DNA of 64,000 nucleotides, from assembly GCA_030390025.1 (NCBI GenBank), contig CM059430.1, forward strand, positions 72,912,001 through 72,976,000. The letters run 5' to 3'. This document shows, one piece after another, positions 1-13,440 of the stretch. Position 1 is the first letter of the stretch. Each line of letters begins with the position of its first letter. Source of the DNA: Squalus acanthias (taxonomy: Eukaryota). The notes under the pieces were generated by a model. The model was given only the letters and a program-made list of their open reading frames with translations. It searched no databases and was not told the DNA's origin. Made by a program: the position numbers and the translations under genes.

Positions 1-324
1 TGTTAAGATTAAATGAGGTTAAGCTGCGTCACCTGAAAAATGTTCAGGTAGTGCACAAGATTCCGGCTCAATATTCATTAACATGATTGTAGTCATGATT
101 TCAGCAATAAAACGGATGATCAGTGCTCATTGACTTTATACTCAACAGGTCGACCAATTTCGGGCCAGTCTAATTCAGAGTCATGAATGCTACAGGCATT
201 TTCCACGATTAAAGGGGGGTTCAATCATGCTGCAGCACCTCATTGTCAGTGTGGTTGGGTGTTCAGCTGTCACAACTGCAAAGTAAAGAAGCCTCACAAA
301 AGAATTTCCAACTTACAAGTGGTC

Positions 325-2170
325 ATGACAGAGCCTAGGCAGAGGAAGAGAGCCCGCAGGTTCTCTGATGAAGCTCTGCTGGCAATGGTATTTGTAGTGG
401 AGAGGAGGCAGGCAGTCGTATACCGTAGACTGGCAGGCGGCCCTTAGAGCAAACATTCATGTGGCGTGAGTTGGTGGAACACATCATAGCCAGCACTGAG
501 GTCCACAGGACTCAAACCCAGTGCAGGAAGAAGTTTAACGACATCATACGGGTGGACAAGGTGGGTGAAAGCTTCACTAAATGCCATATGTCACCATCGG
601 CACCACAAGCTTCACACACTGCTCAATGCACCAAACACCCAGCACTCACAAACCAACCTCTACATATTAGAAGTCACACACACATCTCACACTTTGCACT
701 CATTGGCAGCTATTCAAATATTGGAGACACATCTTTCAAACACATTGCACTAAATTCACTCAGGCACTTCTCTTTCTATTGCAGGCAAAAGTCGCACAAA
801 ATCGGAGGGAGAAGGAGCAACAGGCTGGGGCCAAGCTGTCCCCTAACAGCTCAGCCAGCTGGAGGAGAGAGTTATCGAAATCTTTCGGAGTCACGAGGTA
901 GAGGACATGGCCACCGACGATGTTGAACCCCTTGTGGACTGCAACGGTATCTTCATTCCTAATCCATCTTCTCACATCCCACTTCACCTTCAGATCACAA
1001 TCTTTTCTCAATTTCAAGCTGTTCATGCTGAATGCATGAAAGTCTGGCTTCGCACCGTCCCTCCTCACCATAACCCGACTCTTGTGCCTATCAGCTTTCA
1101 GATAATCACCAAGCACTGGAGCTGCTTGTCCCCGAGGGCACCGCTGAGATTGAGGGGAGAGAAGAAGAGAAGAATGAGGCACCGCATCACTCACGTGCAG
1201 ACTCTAGCTCAGAAACTGGCATTGCGTGTACTTTAGAGGCTAGTGTAGAAGTTGGACCTGCACAGGGTGATACACCGAGCACGAGTGGGCTGTAGCAAGG
1301 CCAGGGGGAATGGATAGCTTGGGGGCAAGCTCCGCGCAGGTCGAGTTCACTCACGAAATCTGCTCCACAGGAGTCAGTTGAAGACCTCAATGGGGAGCTC
1401 TTCAGAAAAGGCGCGATTGGCATGCAGACAGAAATGATGGGTGCAATAGCAAGGCTGCCAGAGATTTCTCGGCAATGTAAAGGAACGTGGAGGTTTCTGC
1501 TTCCAACATTGCATAGGGCTCTGCACAAATAATGGAGCCGATGATTCCAGCTTGGAAATGAATTTACACTCCCAGAGAGACACCTTGGCAACCCAGACGT
1601 GATGTTGCGCATGATTGGTGATGTCACAGTTTCCATTGAAGCACAGCTGGAAGCAAACCAATGTCGTAGAGCTGCAGCGGAATCTCAGACTGCTCTCATG
1701 CAGTCTATGTTTGGTGCCATCCAAGCTCAGACAGCTCTCATGCAATGTCAGCTTGAAGCCACCCAAGCTCTGACTGCTGCCATCGTGGCTGGGTTTACCA
1801 CCGTCGACTGGAGCATGCAGTATGTCACAGCAGGCCGGCAATCAGTGCTCCAACTCAGTGCTTGGAAAGCTGAGGGGGCGCCCCGGGGGAGTGACAGTGG
1901 GTCAGTGGAGCAGAGCCCTGCTGTCCTCTCTCATGATGACAGCATTCCTCTTCCCAGTACCACCATTCCGCCATTGCTAATGCCGCTGCTTGTCAGTCAG
2001 CCAGCCCTGACTTGTGCTCCCCATGCCGAGGTGGTGCCGTCTACAGCCGGGCCATCTATGCCCAGAGCTGCTCGAGGTCGTCCTGCAAGGCCATCGAAAT
2101 TCTCGTAGGGGCTTCGTAGGAGCTCTCGGTTAGGAAAAGACGCACGAAAGACAGACACTAAGGGATTGCA
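325..2170 (+). pseudogene. Myb/SANT-like ORF of an older Harbinger element, probably spliced (unit A)
   Basis: MTEPRQRKRARRFSDEAL...WRELVEHI...RTQTQCRKKFNDI; likely introns ~561-785 (gtgggt...ttgcag) and ~947-1100; coiled-coil-like distal ORF 1599..2108; stops and frameshifts. Confidence 0.8.
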
Positions 2171-2535
2171 CAAGGGTGATTAATTGATAATATTAATGTA
2201 AACAAGTGTAATGTGAATATTGCTAAATTTACTATTTTTGTTTGGAATCTTTCGTGGTGTCTCCCATTTCAGCTTTTTGCCCTGGAGAAGCATTTCATAT
2301 TTTGTGAGAAAGGGGTGGTATGATGCGGATGTGATGAGCCACGCAGCTCTGGGTTTCAATTATTAGAATCAGAGTATGACGAGCCGCTCACGGATAGCCC
2401 GTCCTGATGGACGATTTGGTTCCTGCCTCTTTCCCTCCCACCCCTTCCACTTGCTCCTTTTTCTCTTCCTCTTCCTCCTCGTCCTACTCCTCGTCCTCCT
2501 CTCCCTGGTCCTCCTCCAGAGTTTGTGGTGCAATC

Positions 2536-4696
2536 GGAAGTAATGTAAAACCAAGGGTCCAGCGAGAATGAGGAACTGAAAGATATTGTCGGCCAGAAAT
2601 TCGGCTGTTGTCGGATGAGTACGCGCTGTGTACTCACCCGTAAGGCCATCTGAAGTGCCGGTTTCCTGCATGCACTGCGCATGCACGGGAAACCGGAACT
2701 TCTGTTCCGCTGAAGGGAGGGGTTCAGAAGTCGAACACGTGCGCGGGAGATGCTGTGCGCACGCAGCGAACTTCGATTTTTTTTCAGGTTTCTCCGGGAA
2801 GGTAAGTATGAAGAAGCTGCACTTTTAAAAAGGAGGCGCAAGGTCTGTTTTTAACAAGGTAAGTGGTTAATTAATTACAATTTAAACGTTTTTTCAACAG
2901 GTTTATTTTTTTTGATGCTTTAAAGAAAGGTAAGTTTATTTTTAGCACCGTTAAAAAGTATAATTAACTTATTCAAAAATTTAAATTTTTGTTTAAAGTA
3001 GTTAATTTATTTAACTTATAGTTATTTTAAAAATGGGATCATTTTTTCAATTAATTTGAAGTTTAAGTGCGGTTTTGGGGCCGATCTCTATTCATCGATT
3101 TGACAGGTCTTCCTGTCAAATCTATGAATGAAAATGCCCTGCTAGGATTGGCTCTCCATGACCCACAAGTTCCCAGGGGACGCTTCGAACTAACTGAGCT
3201 CCTGGGATACGCAAGCACTGCCCGCCGGCAGCTGGAGGAGGCCCAGGACACGAAGTCCACGTGAGCCCAAAGCACAAGTGGAGGCGGGGTAGGCAAGTAT
3301 GCGCGCGATGCTGGCCCAATAATATTATTGAAAAAGTCGTACTTGAGAAATTAATAAGACTGAACGCAAATAAATCCCCTAGACCTGATGACCTGCTTCC
3401 TCGGGTTTTGAAAGACTTGGCTATAGAGATAATGAATGCATTGGTTGTCATTTTCCAAAATTCCATGATAAGAATTTTGAAATTGAGGCGTTGCTTAAAC
3501 AGGACCCAATGTAGGTCAGCGAGCACAGGGCTGATGGGCGAACAGGACTTGGTGTGATTTAATTAGGCCTCATGGGATTGAGGGTAATATACTAGCATGG
3601 ATTGGGGATTGGTCAACTGAGAGAAAACAGAGAGTAGGAATAAACGGTTCATGTTGAAGGCTGTAAATAGTTGGGTACCACAAGGATCCGTACTTTGCCC
3701 TCAGCTATTCACAATCTCCATCAATGATTTGGATTAGGGTACCAAATGTAATATATGCAAGTTTGCTGATGATACAAAGCCGGGTGGGAATGTAAGTTGT
3801 GTGGAGGATGCAAGGAGGCTTCAAGGGGATATAGATAGGTTAAGTAAATGAGCAAGAACATGGCAAATGGAATATAATGTGGACAAATGTGAAGTTATCC
3901 ACTTTTGTCGGAAAAATAGACAAGCAGAGTATTTTCAAATTTTGAGAGATTGGGAAATGTTTTTTGTTTATGAGGGACATGCGTGTCCTTGTACACGAAT
4001 CGTTGAAAGTTAACATGCAGGTACAGCAAGTAATTAGGAAAGCAAATGTTATGTTGGCCTTTATTACAAGATGATTTGCGTATTAGAGTAAAGACGTCTT
4101 ACTGCAATTATATAGCAGCCTTCTGAGACCACACCTGAAGTATTGCGCACAGTTTGGTCTCCATAACTAAGGATGGATATACTTGCCATAGACTGATGGC
4201 AACAAAGGTTCACCAGAGAGGTTCCTGGGATGGGGGATAGTCCTATGAGGGGAATTTGATTAGAAGTGGCAAATATTCTCTGGAGTTTAGATGAATGAGA
4301 AGTGATCTCATTGAAACATACAAAATTCTTACAAGTCTTCACAGGGTAGATGCAGGGACGATGTTTTCCCTGGCTGGGGAGTCTAGAACTAGGGGTCACA
4401 GACTCAAAATATGGTGTCCGCCATTTAGGACTGAGATGAGGAGAAATTTCTTCACTCAGAGGGTGATGAATCTTTGGAATTCTCTACTCTAGAGGGCTGT
4501 GCAGGCTCTGTCATTCAGTATATTCAAGACAGAGATCTATACGTTTTTGAATATTAAGGGAATCAAGGTATAAGGGTACAGTTCAGGAAAGTGGAAATGA
4601 GGTAGAAGATCAGCCATGATCTTAATGAATGGCGGTGCAGGCAGAAGGGCCAAATGTCCTACTCCTGGTCCTATTTCTTATATTCTTATGTTCTTA
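2536..4696 (+). mobile_element. 5'-truncated CR1 LINE inserted in the Harbinger transposase (unit A)
   Basis: RT fragments (NKSPRPDDLLPRVLK; FRTEMRRNFFTQRV); (ttcttatg)n tail; 7-bp TSD tgcaatc; contains the 2590 MITE and an L2-like remnant at 3466-3556. Confidence 0.92.
2590..3317 (+). mobile_element. Harbinger-related MITE (~730 bp), unit-A specific
   Basis: Ends cggccagaaattc...ctggccc; absent at the homologous CR1 site (~37805); hairpin arms around an AT-rich core. Confidence 0.88.
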
Positions 4697-6299
4697 TGCA
4701 ATCCCTGTTGCCAAGAGCTGCGCCATCACGGTCGCCAAGTTGTGAAGCATGCAGCAGGTTCCCACGAAATGGGACAGCCGCTCAGCTGAGTACTGGAGTG
4801 CTCCTTCCGAGCGGTCATGGCAACGGAACCATTACGACTGAACCCCAATGGTCTGCTCGATAATGTTCCTGGTGGATAAATTACTTTCATTATATGAGTG
4901 TTGGGGAAGTGTGTTGGGGTTGCGGAGGGGATTCATGAGCCAGGTCGAGAGCGGATAGCCCCTGTCAGCGAGCAGCCAGCCGCGAGCTTGTTGTGGTGGC
5001 TGGAAGATTGCTGGCAGACCGGACTGGCGAAGGATGAAGGCATCGTAGCTGCTGCCAAGATTGCGGGCATTGACATTGAGGATTCACTGTGCACATCTTC
5101 TGCACATTTAGTGAGTGGTAGCCTTTGCGGTTATGGAAGCTCTCAGGATTGTTATACATTGCCCACAAAGCCACGTGAGTGCATTCCACGTTGCCGTGCA
5201 CCATGGGGAAGACCGCTGTCCTGGCAAAGCCACATACGCACTTATCCCGCTTCTCAATGCTGAGAGAGATGCCAATATATTCCCTTCTCCTGGTGTAGAG
5301 AGTCTCAGCGATCTCACAGATGCAGCGATGCATGGCAAACTGTGGGATGTTAGCTATATGTCCACCTGCAGACTGGAAGGGTCCACTGGCGAAGAAATTG
5401 AGGGCCACGGTGACATTGACTGCTACTGAGAGAGCCGTGTTCGCTCTGCTCTCAGGCTAAACGCCTGGTTGCAGGAGATGACAGAGTTCTATGATCACTT
5501 CGTTGGTGAAGCATAGCCTCCTAAGAAACTGCTCCTCAATTACTTGGAGGTAGGGACAGTGCTGACGGACGTCCCTAGGTGGGTAACGCCTCCCGTTGAC
5601 AACCTCCTCGTCCTCCCTCTTCACGCATTTTCTTGTTTTCACCGCTGCCTCCGCTTGCCTCTGCTGCAGATCCTGGAGGGCGATGTCGACTGCCAGTACA
5701 GCCGCGTGAATGTGAGCAAGTGTTGTGAGCAGAAGCCTTTGCTAAATAATGAGGGAGTTCTTCACTTGAAACATTACTCCCTATTACAAAATAACCTTGG
5801 AATAATTGAAGAAAGCTGTTGGAATTGCAGGAAGCAGAACACAGCCACTGAAACTGCGAAAAACTGTCAGGTGCAGCTGATTGCTGATGATCCTTTTAAA
5901 TTTCGTTGCTGGAGTTTCCTTCCTGCGCTTCCTGCCATTTAGAAATTCCGGTAAGTTCAATGGCAAGAACGAGTACTGCAGATCAGCCATTAGCTGGCAG
6001 AAGAGTGGACGCAGGCACTTTTTCGACATTTCGCCACGTTAACAGGTGGAGCAAACTACCCGAATTTCTAGGCCGATGCTCCCACGATCATGTTAGTTAG
6101 GTAATTGCATATTTTGGGTGCTGTGATGTTTAGGGTGGTGGATTGGCTGCCGATCAAGAGGACCAGTTTGTCCTTGACACTATAGAGTCTCTTGATCGTT
6201 ATTGCAGCTGTGCATGCAAGTGGAGAGCATGCGCAAACTCTTCTGCCTTACACTTTGGAGGTGCAAATAAGGCTATGGGGAGTCAAGAGTTGAGCTCCT

Positions 6300-7275
6300 C
6301 GTCACAGAATAACCAGCATCTGACCTGTTCTGGTAGCCACGGCATTTATGTGGGTTGTCCATTTGAGCTTCCGGTCATTGGTAATCCCAAGCATATTGAT
6401 GGTGGAGGCTTTGGTGTTGGTAAGGTTATTGAATGTCAAGCGAGGATGGTTATACCCTTTCTTGTTGCAGAATGGTCGTTGCCTGGCACTTGAGTGGCGC
6501 GAATATAACGTGCTACTTATCAGCCCCAGTCTGGATGTTGTCCATGTCTTGCTGCATGTGGGCACGGAATGCTTCGTTATCTGAGGGATTGTTTCTCTTC
6601 TGTTCCTCTTCTGTTTCTCTTCTGACCAAAGTTCCTTCGTTCAGCAACTGAAGATTGTTGTCCCTAGGGGACACGGCCCTGTGACACTGATAAGAACATA
6701 AAAAACATAAGAAACAGGAGCAGGACTAGGCCATACGGCCCCTCGAGCCTGCTCCCCCATTCAATAAGATCATGGCTGATCATCCACCTCAAGTCCACTT
6801 TCCCGCCCGATCTTCCCCTAGATTCCAAAATCTCTTATCTCAGCCTCCTGCAGCGAAAGGTTGCGCCTCAGATAATTGGCGTCCAGCAACCAATACCATC
6901 TTTGTGATAGATAGTTAATCAGCCATTGGAGTGTTTTTCCCCTGACCGCCATTTTCTTCAGTTGGTGTCACACTGGTTCGAATGCAGGGTTGATGTCCAG
7001 GGAAGTCACTCTCAGCTCATTTTTGGAATTTAACTCTTTTGTCCATGATTAATCTCAGGCTGTGATGATGTCAGAGCTGACTGCTGCTGACGAAACAAGA
7101 ACTAAACAATGGTGAGCATTTTATTAATGAGTACGTGGCGTTTGATAGCACAATTTCCGAGTCCTTCAGTAATTTTGCGGATGATTGAGAACAGGCTCAT
7201 ATTATGCAATTTTCCAGTTGCATTTGTATTGCTTTTTGTGAACACAAAATAATTGGGAAAGTTCCAGTGTTGCAG
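6300..7275 (-). mobile_element. Degraded non-LTR retrotransposon RT fragments with a short CR1 3' end at ~6690-6845
   Basis: ORF 6302..6565 and homolog 41862..42209 (MQQDMDNIQTRADKWHVIFAP...LGITNDQKLNWTSHIN); family not determined. Confidence 0.7.
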
Positions 7276-10200
7276 TGAACGGAGCTGAGCGGAGGAACTG
7301 CAAGAGGCACAGAGTGTGCGAGAGGAACTCAGGACAGGAGTGACTTCAGAATTCAGAAGTAAGGTGATCAGAGGGGATCAGATTGGTGAGTAGTTGGTGG
7401 GTATTTTCTGTTAAGTTTGTTGTTCAGTTTTAAGTGTATTTCTGCTGGAAAGTTCATAGCCCATTAATAGAGGGAGAGCGCTCATTGGTGAGTTGTAGAT
7501 GAGTGTTTTTGTTAAGTTTTTAAGTTTATTTCGCGGGCTTTTTTACAGAGGCCAGTGTTGGGAGCGGAGAGAGCAGCAGCACTTTGAGTAGTTAAAATCA
7601 CTTTCGCGGGCTTTTTTACAGAGGCCAGTGTCGGGAGCGGAGAGAGCAGCAGCACTGTGAGTAGTTAAACTCACTTTCGTGGGCTTTTTACAGAGGCAAA
7701 GTTCGGGAGAGGGCCCTTGAGTATATCATTTAGTTGAAGTGAAATTGGTGGGATTCATTTAATTTAATTTTAATTAATTAATTAAAGGCTAAGTCATGGC
7801 AGGAGAGCTCCGCCCAGTGATATGCTTCTCTTGCTATATGTGGGAAATCAGGGACGCTTCCTGTGTCCCTTACGACCATGTGTGTGGGAAGTGTATCCAG
7901 CTGCAGCTACTGATAGACCGCATTGCGGCGCTGGAGCTGCGGATGGATGCATATTGGAGCATTCGCGACGCTGAGAACCTCGTGGATAGCACGTTTAGCG
8001 AGTTGCTCACACCGCAGGCAAAGGGTGTACAGGCAGGAAGTGAATGGGTGACCACCAGGCAGAGTAAGAGGTGCAGGCAGGTAGTGCAAGGGTCCCCTGT
8101 GGCCATCCACCTCTCAAACAGATATACCACTTTGGACACTGTTGGGGGGATGACTTATCAGGGTAAGCCAGCAGCAGCCATGGTTGGCTCTGTTGCACAG
8201 GATGGGAGGAAAACGTGTGGAAGAGTTATAGTGATAGGGGACACAATTGTAAGGGGAATAGATAGGCGTATCTGCGGCCGCAAACGAGACTCCAGGATGG
8301 AGTGTTGCCTCCCTGGTGCAAGGGTCAAGGACGTCTCGGAGCGGCAACAGAAAATTTTGGAGGGGGAGGGCGAACAGCCAGTTGTCGTGGTGCACATAGG
8401 CATCAACGATATAGGTAAAAAACGGGATGAGGTCCTAAACGCAGAATATAGGGAGTTAGCAGGTAAATTAAAAATAGGACCTCAAAGGTAGTAATCTCAG
8501 GATTGCTACCAGTGCCACGTGCTTATCAGAGTAGAAATAGGAGGATATTTCAAATGAATACGTGGCAAGAGCAATGGTGCAAGGGGGAGGGATTCAAATT
8601 CCTTGGACATTGGAACCGGTTCTGTTGCAGGTGGGACCAGTACAAACGGGGCGGTCTGCACCTGGGCAGTGGCAGGACCGATGTCCTAGGGGAGTGTTTG
8701 CTAGTGCTGTTGGGGAGGGTTTAAACTAAAGTGGCAGAGGGTTGGGAACCTGAGCAGGGAGACAGAGGTAAGGGAAAGAAGGATAAAAGCAAAAGACAGG
8801 AAGGAGAGAAACAAAAGAGGAAGGCAAAGAACTCAACGGTTTAAATCAAACATGGTCACAGTAAATAATAATTCATATAGGTCTGAGAGCATTAAAAAAA
8901 CAAGCCTGATGGCTTTGTGTCTTAATGCAAGGACCATTCGGAACAAGGTGGATAAATTAGCTGCGCTAATAGCGGTAAATGAATACGATTTGATTGGGAT
9001 TACAGAAACATGGCTCCAGGGTGGCCAAGGCTGGGAACTCAACATCCAGGGGTATTCAATATTTAGGAAAGATAGGCAAAAAAGAAAGGGAGGTGCGGTA
9101 ACATTGCTGGTTAAAGAGGGGATTAACACAATTCAGAGGAAGGATATTATCTCTGATGATGCGGAATCTGTATGGGTAGAACTGAGAAATAACAAGGGGC
9201 AGAAAACGTTAGTGGGAGTGTTATATAGACCTCCAAACAGTAATACGGAGGTTGGGGACGGCATTAAAAGGGAAATTACAGAAGCATGCAGTAAGGGCAC
9301 ATTAGTCATCATGGGTGAATAATTTACATATAGATTTGGCTAACCAAATTAGTAAAAATACCGTGGAGGAGGAATTCCTAGAATGTTTACAGGACGGTAT
9401 TCTGGAGCAATATGTCGAGGAACCAAACAGAGATCAGGCCATCTTAGACTGGGTATTATGTGACGAGAACGGAATAATTAGCAATCTTGTTGTACGGGGC
9501 CCCTTGGGTCAGAGTGAACATAATATGATAGAATTCTTCATTCGGATGGAGAATGAAGTAGTTGAATCAGAGACTAGGGTCCTGAATTTAAATAAAGGAA
9601 ACTACAATGTTATGAGGCGCGAATTGGGTAGGATTGATTGGGGAATGTCACTCAAAGGGTTGACGGTGGATAGGCAATGGCAAACATTCAAAGACTGCAT
9701 GGATGAACTAAAGAATGTTTTCATCCCAGTGTGTCATAAGAATAAAACAAAAAGGGTGACTCAACTGTGGCTAACAAGTGAAGTTTGGGATAGCATAAGA
9801 TCCACGGAGAGGGCATATACATTGGCCAGAAAAAGCGGTAAACCTGAAGATTGGAAGCAGTTCAGAATTTAACAAATGAGGACAAAGGGATTAATTAAGA
9901 AGGGAAAAAATAGTATATGAAAGTAAGCTGACAGTAAACATAAAAACTGACTGTAAGAGCATTTATAGATATGTGAAGAGAAAAAGATTAGTGAAATCAA
10001 GTGTAGGTCCCTTGCAGTCAGCGGCGGGGGAAGTTATAATGGGGTTCAAAGAAATGGCAGAGCAATTAAATGCATATTTTGGTTCTGTCTTCAAAAAGGA
10101 GGACACAAGTAACCTCCCAGAGATGTTGCAGAACATAGGGTCTGATGAAAGGGAGGAACTGAAAGAAATCAGTATTTGCAGGGAAATGGTGTTAGGGAAA

Positions 10201-11460
10201 TTGACGGGATTGTAGGCCGATAAATACCCAGGGACTGATAATCTACATCCTAGGGTACTTAAGGAAGTGACCCTAGAAATAGTAGATGCATTGCTGATCA
10301 TCTTCCAACATTCGATGGATTCTGGAACTTTGCCCATGGATTGGAGGGTAGCTAATGGTATTGACTTGCATAGAGAAATGGTTGGCGGACAGAAAGCAGA
10401 GAGTAGGAATTAATGTTTTTTTTTCCGAGTGGCAGGCAGTGACTAGTGGGGTACCGCAGGGATCGGTCCTTGGACCCCAGCTATTCACAATATACATTAA
10501 TGATCTAGATAAGGGAACAAAATGTAATATCTCCAAGTTTGCAGATGACACAAAGCAGGGTGGGAGTGTATGCTGTGAGGAGGATACCGAGAAACTCCAG
10601 GATGTTTTGGATAGGTTGGGTGAGTGGGCAGAATAGTGGCAGATGCAATATAACATGGATAAACGCGAGGTTATCCACTTTGGTGTCAAAAACAGAAAGC
10701 AGACTATTATCTGGAGGGCAATAGATTGGGAGAAGGGGAAGTGCAACGAGACCTGGGTGTCCTTGTGCACCAGTCGCTGAAGGTAAGCATGAAGGTGCAG
10801 CAGGCGGTGAAGAAGGCAAATGCTATGTTGGCCTTCGTAGCGAAAGGGATTGAGTATAGGAACAGGGATGTCCTGCTGCAGTTGTACAGGGCCTTGGTGA
10901 GACCACACCTTTAGTACTGTGTGCAGTTTTGGTCGAATTATCTGAGGAAGAATGTTCTTGCCATGGAAGGAGTTCAGCGAAGATTCACAAGGCTGATACC
11001 TGGGATGGCAGGAATGACATATGAGAAGAGAATAGGTCGATTGGGCTTATACTCGCTGGAGTTTAGAAGACTGAGTGGGGATCTCATCGAAGCATATACA
11101 ATTCTGACAGGTCTGGACAAACTAAATGCAGGAAGAATGTTCCCGATGGTCGGTGAGTCCAGAACCAGGGGTCATAATCTAAGGATAAGGCGTAAGCCAT
11201 TTAGGACAGAAATGAGGAAGAACTTCTTCACGCAGAGAGTGGTCAACCTGTGGAATTCTCTACCACAGAAGGTAGTTGAGGCCAATACATTAAATATATT
11301 CAAGAATGAGTAAGATATATTTCTTAAAGCTAAAGGTATCAAGGTATATGGGGAGAAGGCAGGTACAGGGTACTGTGTTTGGATGATCAGTCATGATCTC
11401 ATCGAATGGCGGAGCTACACGAGGGGCCGAATGGCCTACTCCTGCTCCTATCTTCTATGT
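7276..11460 (+). mobile_element. Near full-length CR1 LINE (decayed), unit-A specific
   Basis: ORF1 7796 to ~8727 with C-x2-C...C-x2-C, a leucine zipper and an SGNH esterase (VIGDTIVRG, HIGINDIG). ORF2 has APE endonuclease (ITETWL) and RT ([16 protein letters not shown]) with stops and an internal deletion near 10357. Empty site at ~42831. Confidence 0.95.
7529..7710 (+). repeat. ~72-bp tandem repeat (about 2.5 copies) in the CR1 5' UTR
   Basis: tttcgcgggctttttacagaggccagtg..gggagcggagagagcagcagcact.tgagtagttaaa.tcac repeated. Confidence 0.9.
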
Positions 11461-11659
11461 AGCTGTACTGGAACAGCTTGTCTAGTTGCAGTGCTAGTTC
11501 TAGAGCACCGTCTTCAGCTGCACAGAAGGGACATCTTTGTGAACCACAGATTGAGCTGTGTTAATGCACTCAACGTTTCTTGATATTCCGTGAGGTGAAT
11601 ATAATTGGCTTCAGACAGGCATCTGTGATGTTTGATAGCTGAGGAGGAAGCCGAGAAAT

Positions 11660-12090
11660 AAACTATAATTGGGAGGACACATCGAAGTGCAGAGGATCAG
11701 AGGGACCTGGAATGTATGTCCACAGAGCCTTGAAGGTAGCAGGACAGGTAGAGAAGGTGGTTAAGAAGGTATACGGGATACTTGCCTTTATTACCCGTGG
11801 CATAGAATTTAAGAGCATGAGGTTATGCTTGAACTGTAAAAAACACTAGTTAGGCCACAGCTAGAATACTAGGTGCAGTTCTTGTCTAAGCATTAGAGGA
11901 AGGTTGTGATGACACTAGATGGGGTGCAGAGGAGATTTACGAGGATGTTGCCTTGGCTGGGGAATTTTATATATGAGGAAAAATTGGATAGGCTAGGGTT
12001 GTTTTCTTTGGAACCGAGGAGGCTGAGGGGGGACCTATTTGAGGTTTATAATGTCATGAGGGCCTAGATAGAATGCATAGGAAGGACTTA
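11660..12090 (+). mobile_element. CR1 ORF2 3' fragment
   Basis: Degenerate QRDLG..., VRPQLEY, VQRRFTRMLP, RRLRGDL; shorter homolog at ~42893-43030. Confidence 0.8.
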
Positions 12091-13440
12091 TGATGTCAAT
12101 GGTGGACTATTCTACAGGGATGAGATTTTGCATTGTGCTGCTTGTTGTGAGCCAGCTTCCCCTGGAAGAAGAGTGGCATTGGAATAATATATATCCTGGG
12201 GAATGAGTTTCAACCCACACTGTGCATTACTCAGCTTACCAATGTGTGCAAGATGACAGGAAAAATTAGATAATTGGGTCAAGAAAGATAATTGCCTGCG
12301 AGGGGCAGCAGCAGCTTTTGCGGGCGTGAGTGCAAGCAAAAGGGAGGTGCAGTAAGGACGTATGGGCAGCTGGGGCAATTGGAGGTGAGATGGATTGAGA
12401 ATGCTGAGATGAATGTAAACCCCTTCATGGCAGTGCAGGAAGTATGAGAGAAATGACGGCGAGCTTTACATTGGCACTTCTGATGAGATCATTAATGCCA
12501 ATAATTACCACGGCTGTTCTGCTGAATGAATGCTGTAACTTCGGTGAAAAACTGAGGAAACCCTGCGGAAATTCTGAACCAAAGTGTCTTTCTGCACTGC
12601 AGCCTGGTCAGGGAGATAATGCTGATCACATTCATGTATGATGCCATCTCTTGTCATGCCCGTATCCCAGGTAGCTTTAGTGCAGGCAGTGGACTTTGGA
12701 AGTGGACGTCCTTCGTATTGAGCATTTGTTCCACCAGCATTTACAGAGCTGTATGTGAACGCCTCTGGACCTTGAGTTGATTTTTCTTAGCTTCAGACAT
12801 CACCCTGAAGCGTCACCGCGTTGTTTCCCTATTTTGGTCAAAAAAGGTGCACCTTCCCATTAAGCTGCTGCAGCACTTAACAGGACTCAGCAGGACATGA
12901 TTTCCCACTTTCTAATCGGCGAATTGCCTGCAGAAAGCGCGCTTCGTGCTGGCAGTTCAGCTCAACCTGCAAATGCGGCACAACAGAAAGCTGAGAATGG
13001 TTTACCGGCTCCTCTTCTCGCTGACTGTTGCTCTCACCCCGCTCACCTTCCCGCCATTGCCTCGAAGTATAATTTGCAATTATACAGCGTCTTTAAAGTA
13101 ACAAAACTTCCCATTGCGCTTCACAGGAGCATAATCAGACAACAAAATTGACTGCGAACCAAAGAAGGAAACATTAGGAGAGGGGACAAAAACCTTGATT
13201 AAAGAGATAGGTTTACGGAGCATTTCAAAGGAGGAGAGAGAGGTAGAGAAGTTTAGTGAGTTAGAGTTGTGTGATTATGCAGCTGAGTGCTTGGCAGACC
13301 ATGTTGGGGCAAGGGTCGTCGGGGTTCCGAAAGAGGCCGGGATTGGAATAATGCAGGTTTCTATGAGAATTGTAGGGCCGGTGAATGTTGCAGAGATTAG
13401 CAGGTGCGTGGCTATGAAGTGATTTGAAACAAAAGATATT

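Larger units (their letters stand above)
2365..5720 (-). pseudogene. HARBI1-like transposase of the older Harbinger (unit A), split by a CR1 insertion
   Basis: ORFs 5457..5642 and 4965..5408 (RRLCFTNE, ALNFFASG, NRKGYHSLNVQ); acidic C-terminus at 2370-2535 on the far side of the CR1; element right end aatttctaggcc at 6074. Confidence 0.88.

Noticed and set aside
2356-2841. RG-rich ORF (also 37577..37948)
   Set aside because: Off-frame reading of the acidic Harbinger transposase tail fused to CR1 and MITE sequence.
7529-7710. CRISPR-like array
   Set aside because: Direct tandem repeat with no unique spacers, inside a LINE UTR in eukaryotic DNA.
12444-12641. Short ORF open in both units (also 43422..43619), and similar pairs such as 21632/52285
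   Set aside because: Shared only because of the duplication; no recognisable domain or splice signals, and 21632/52285 are antisense to the C1 exon.
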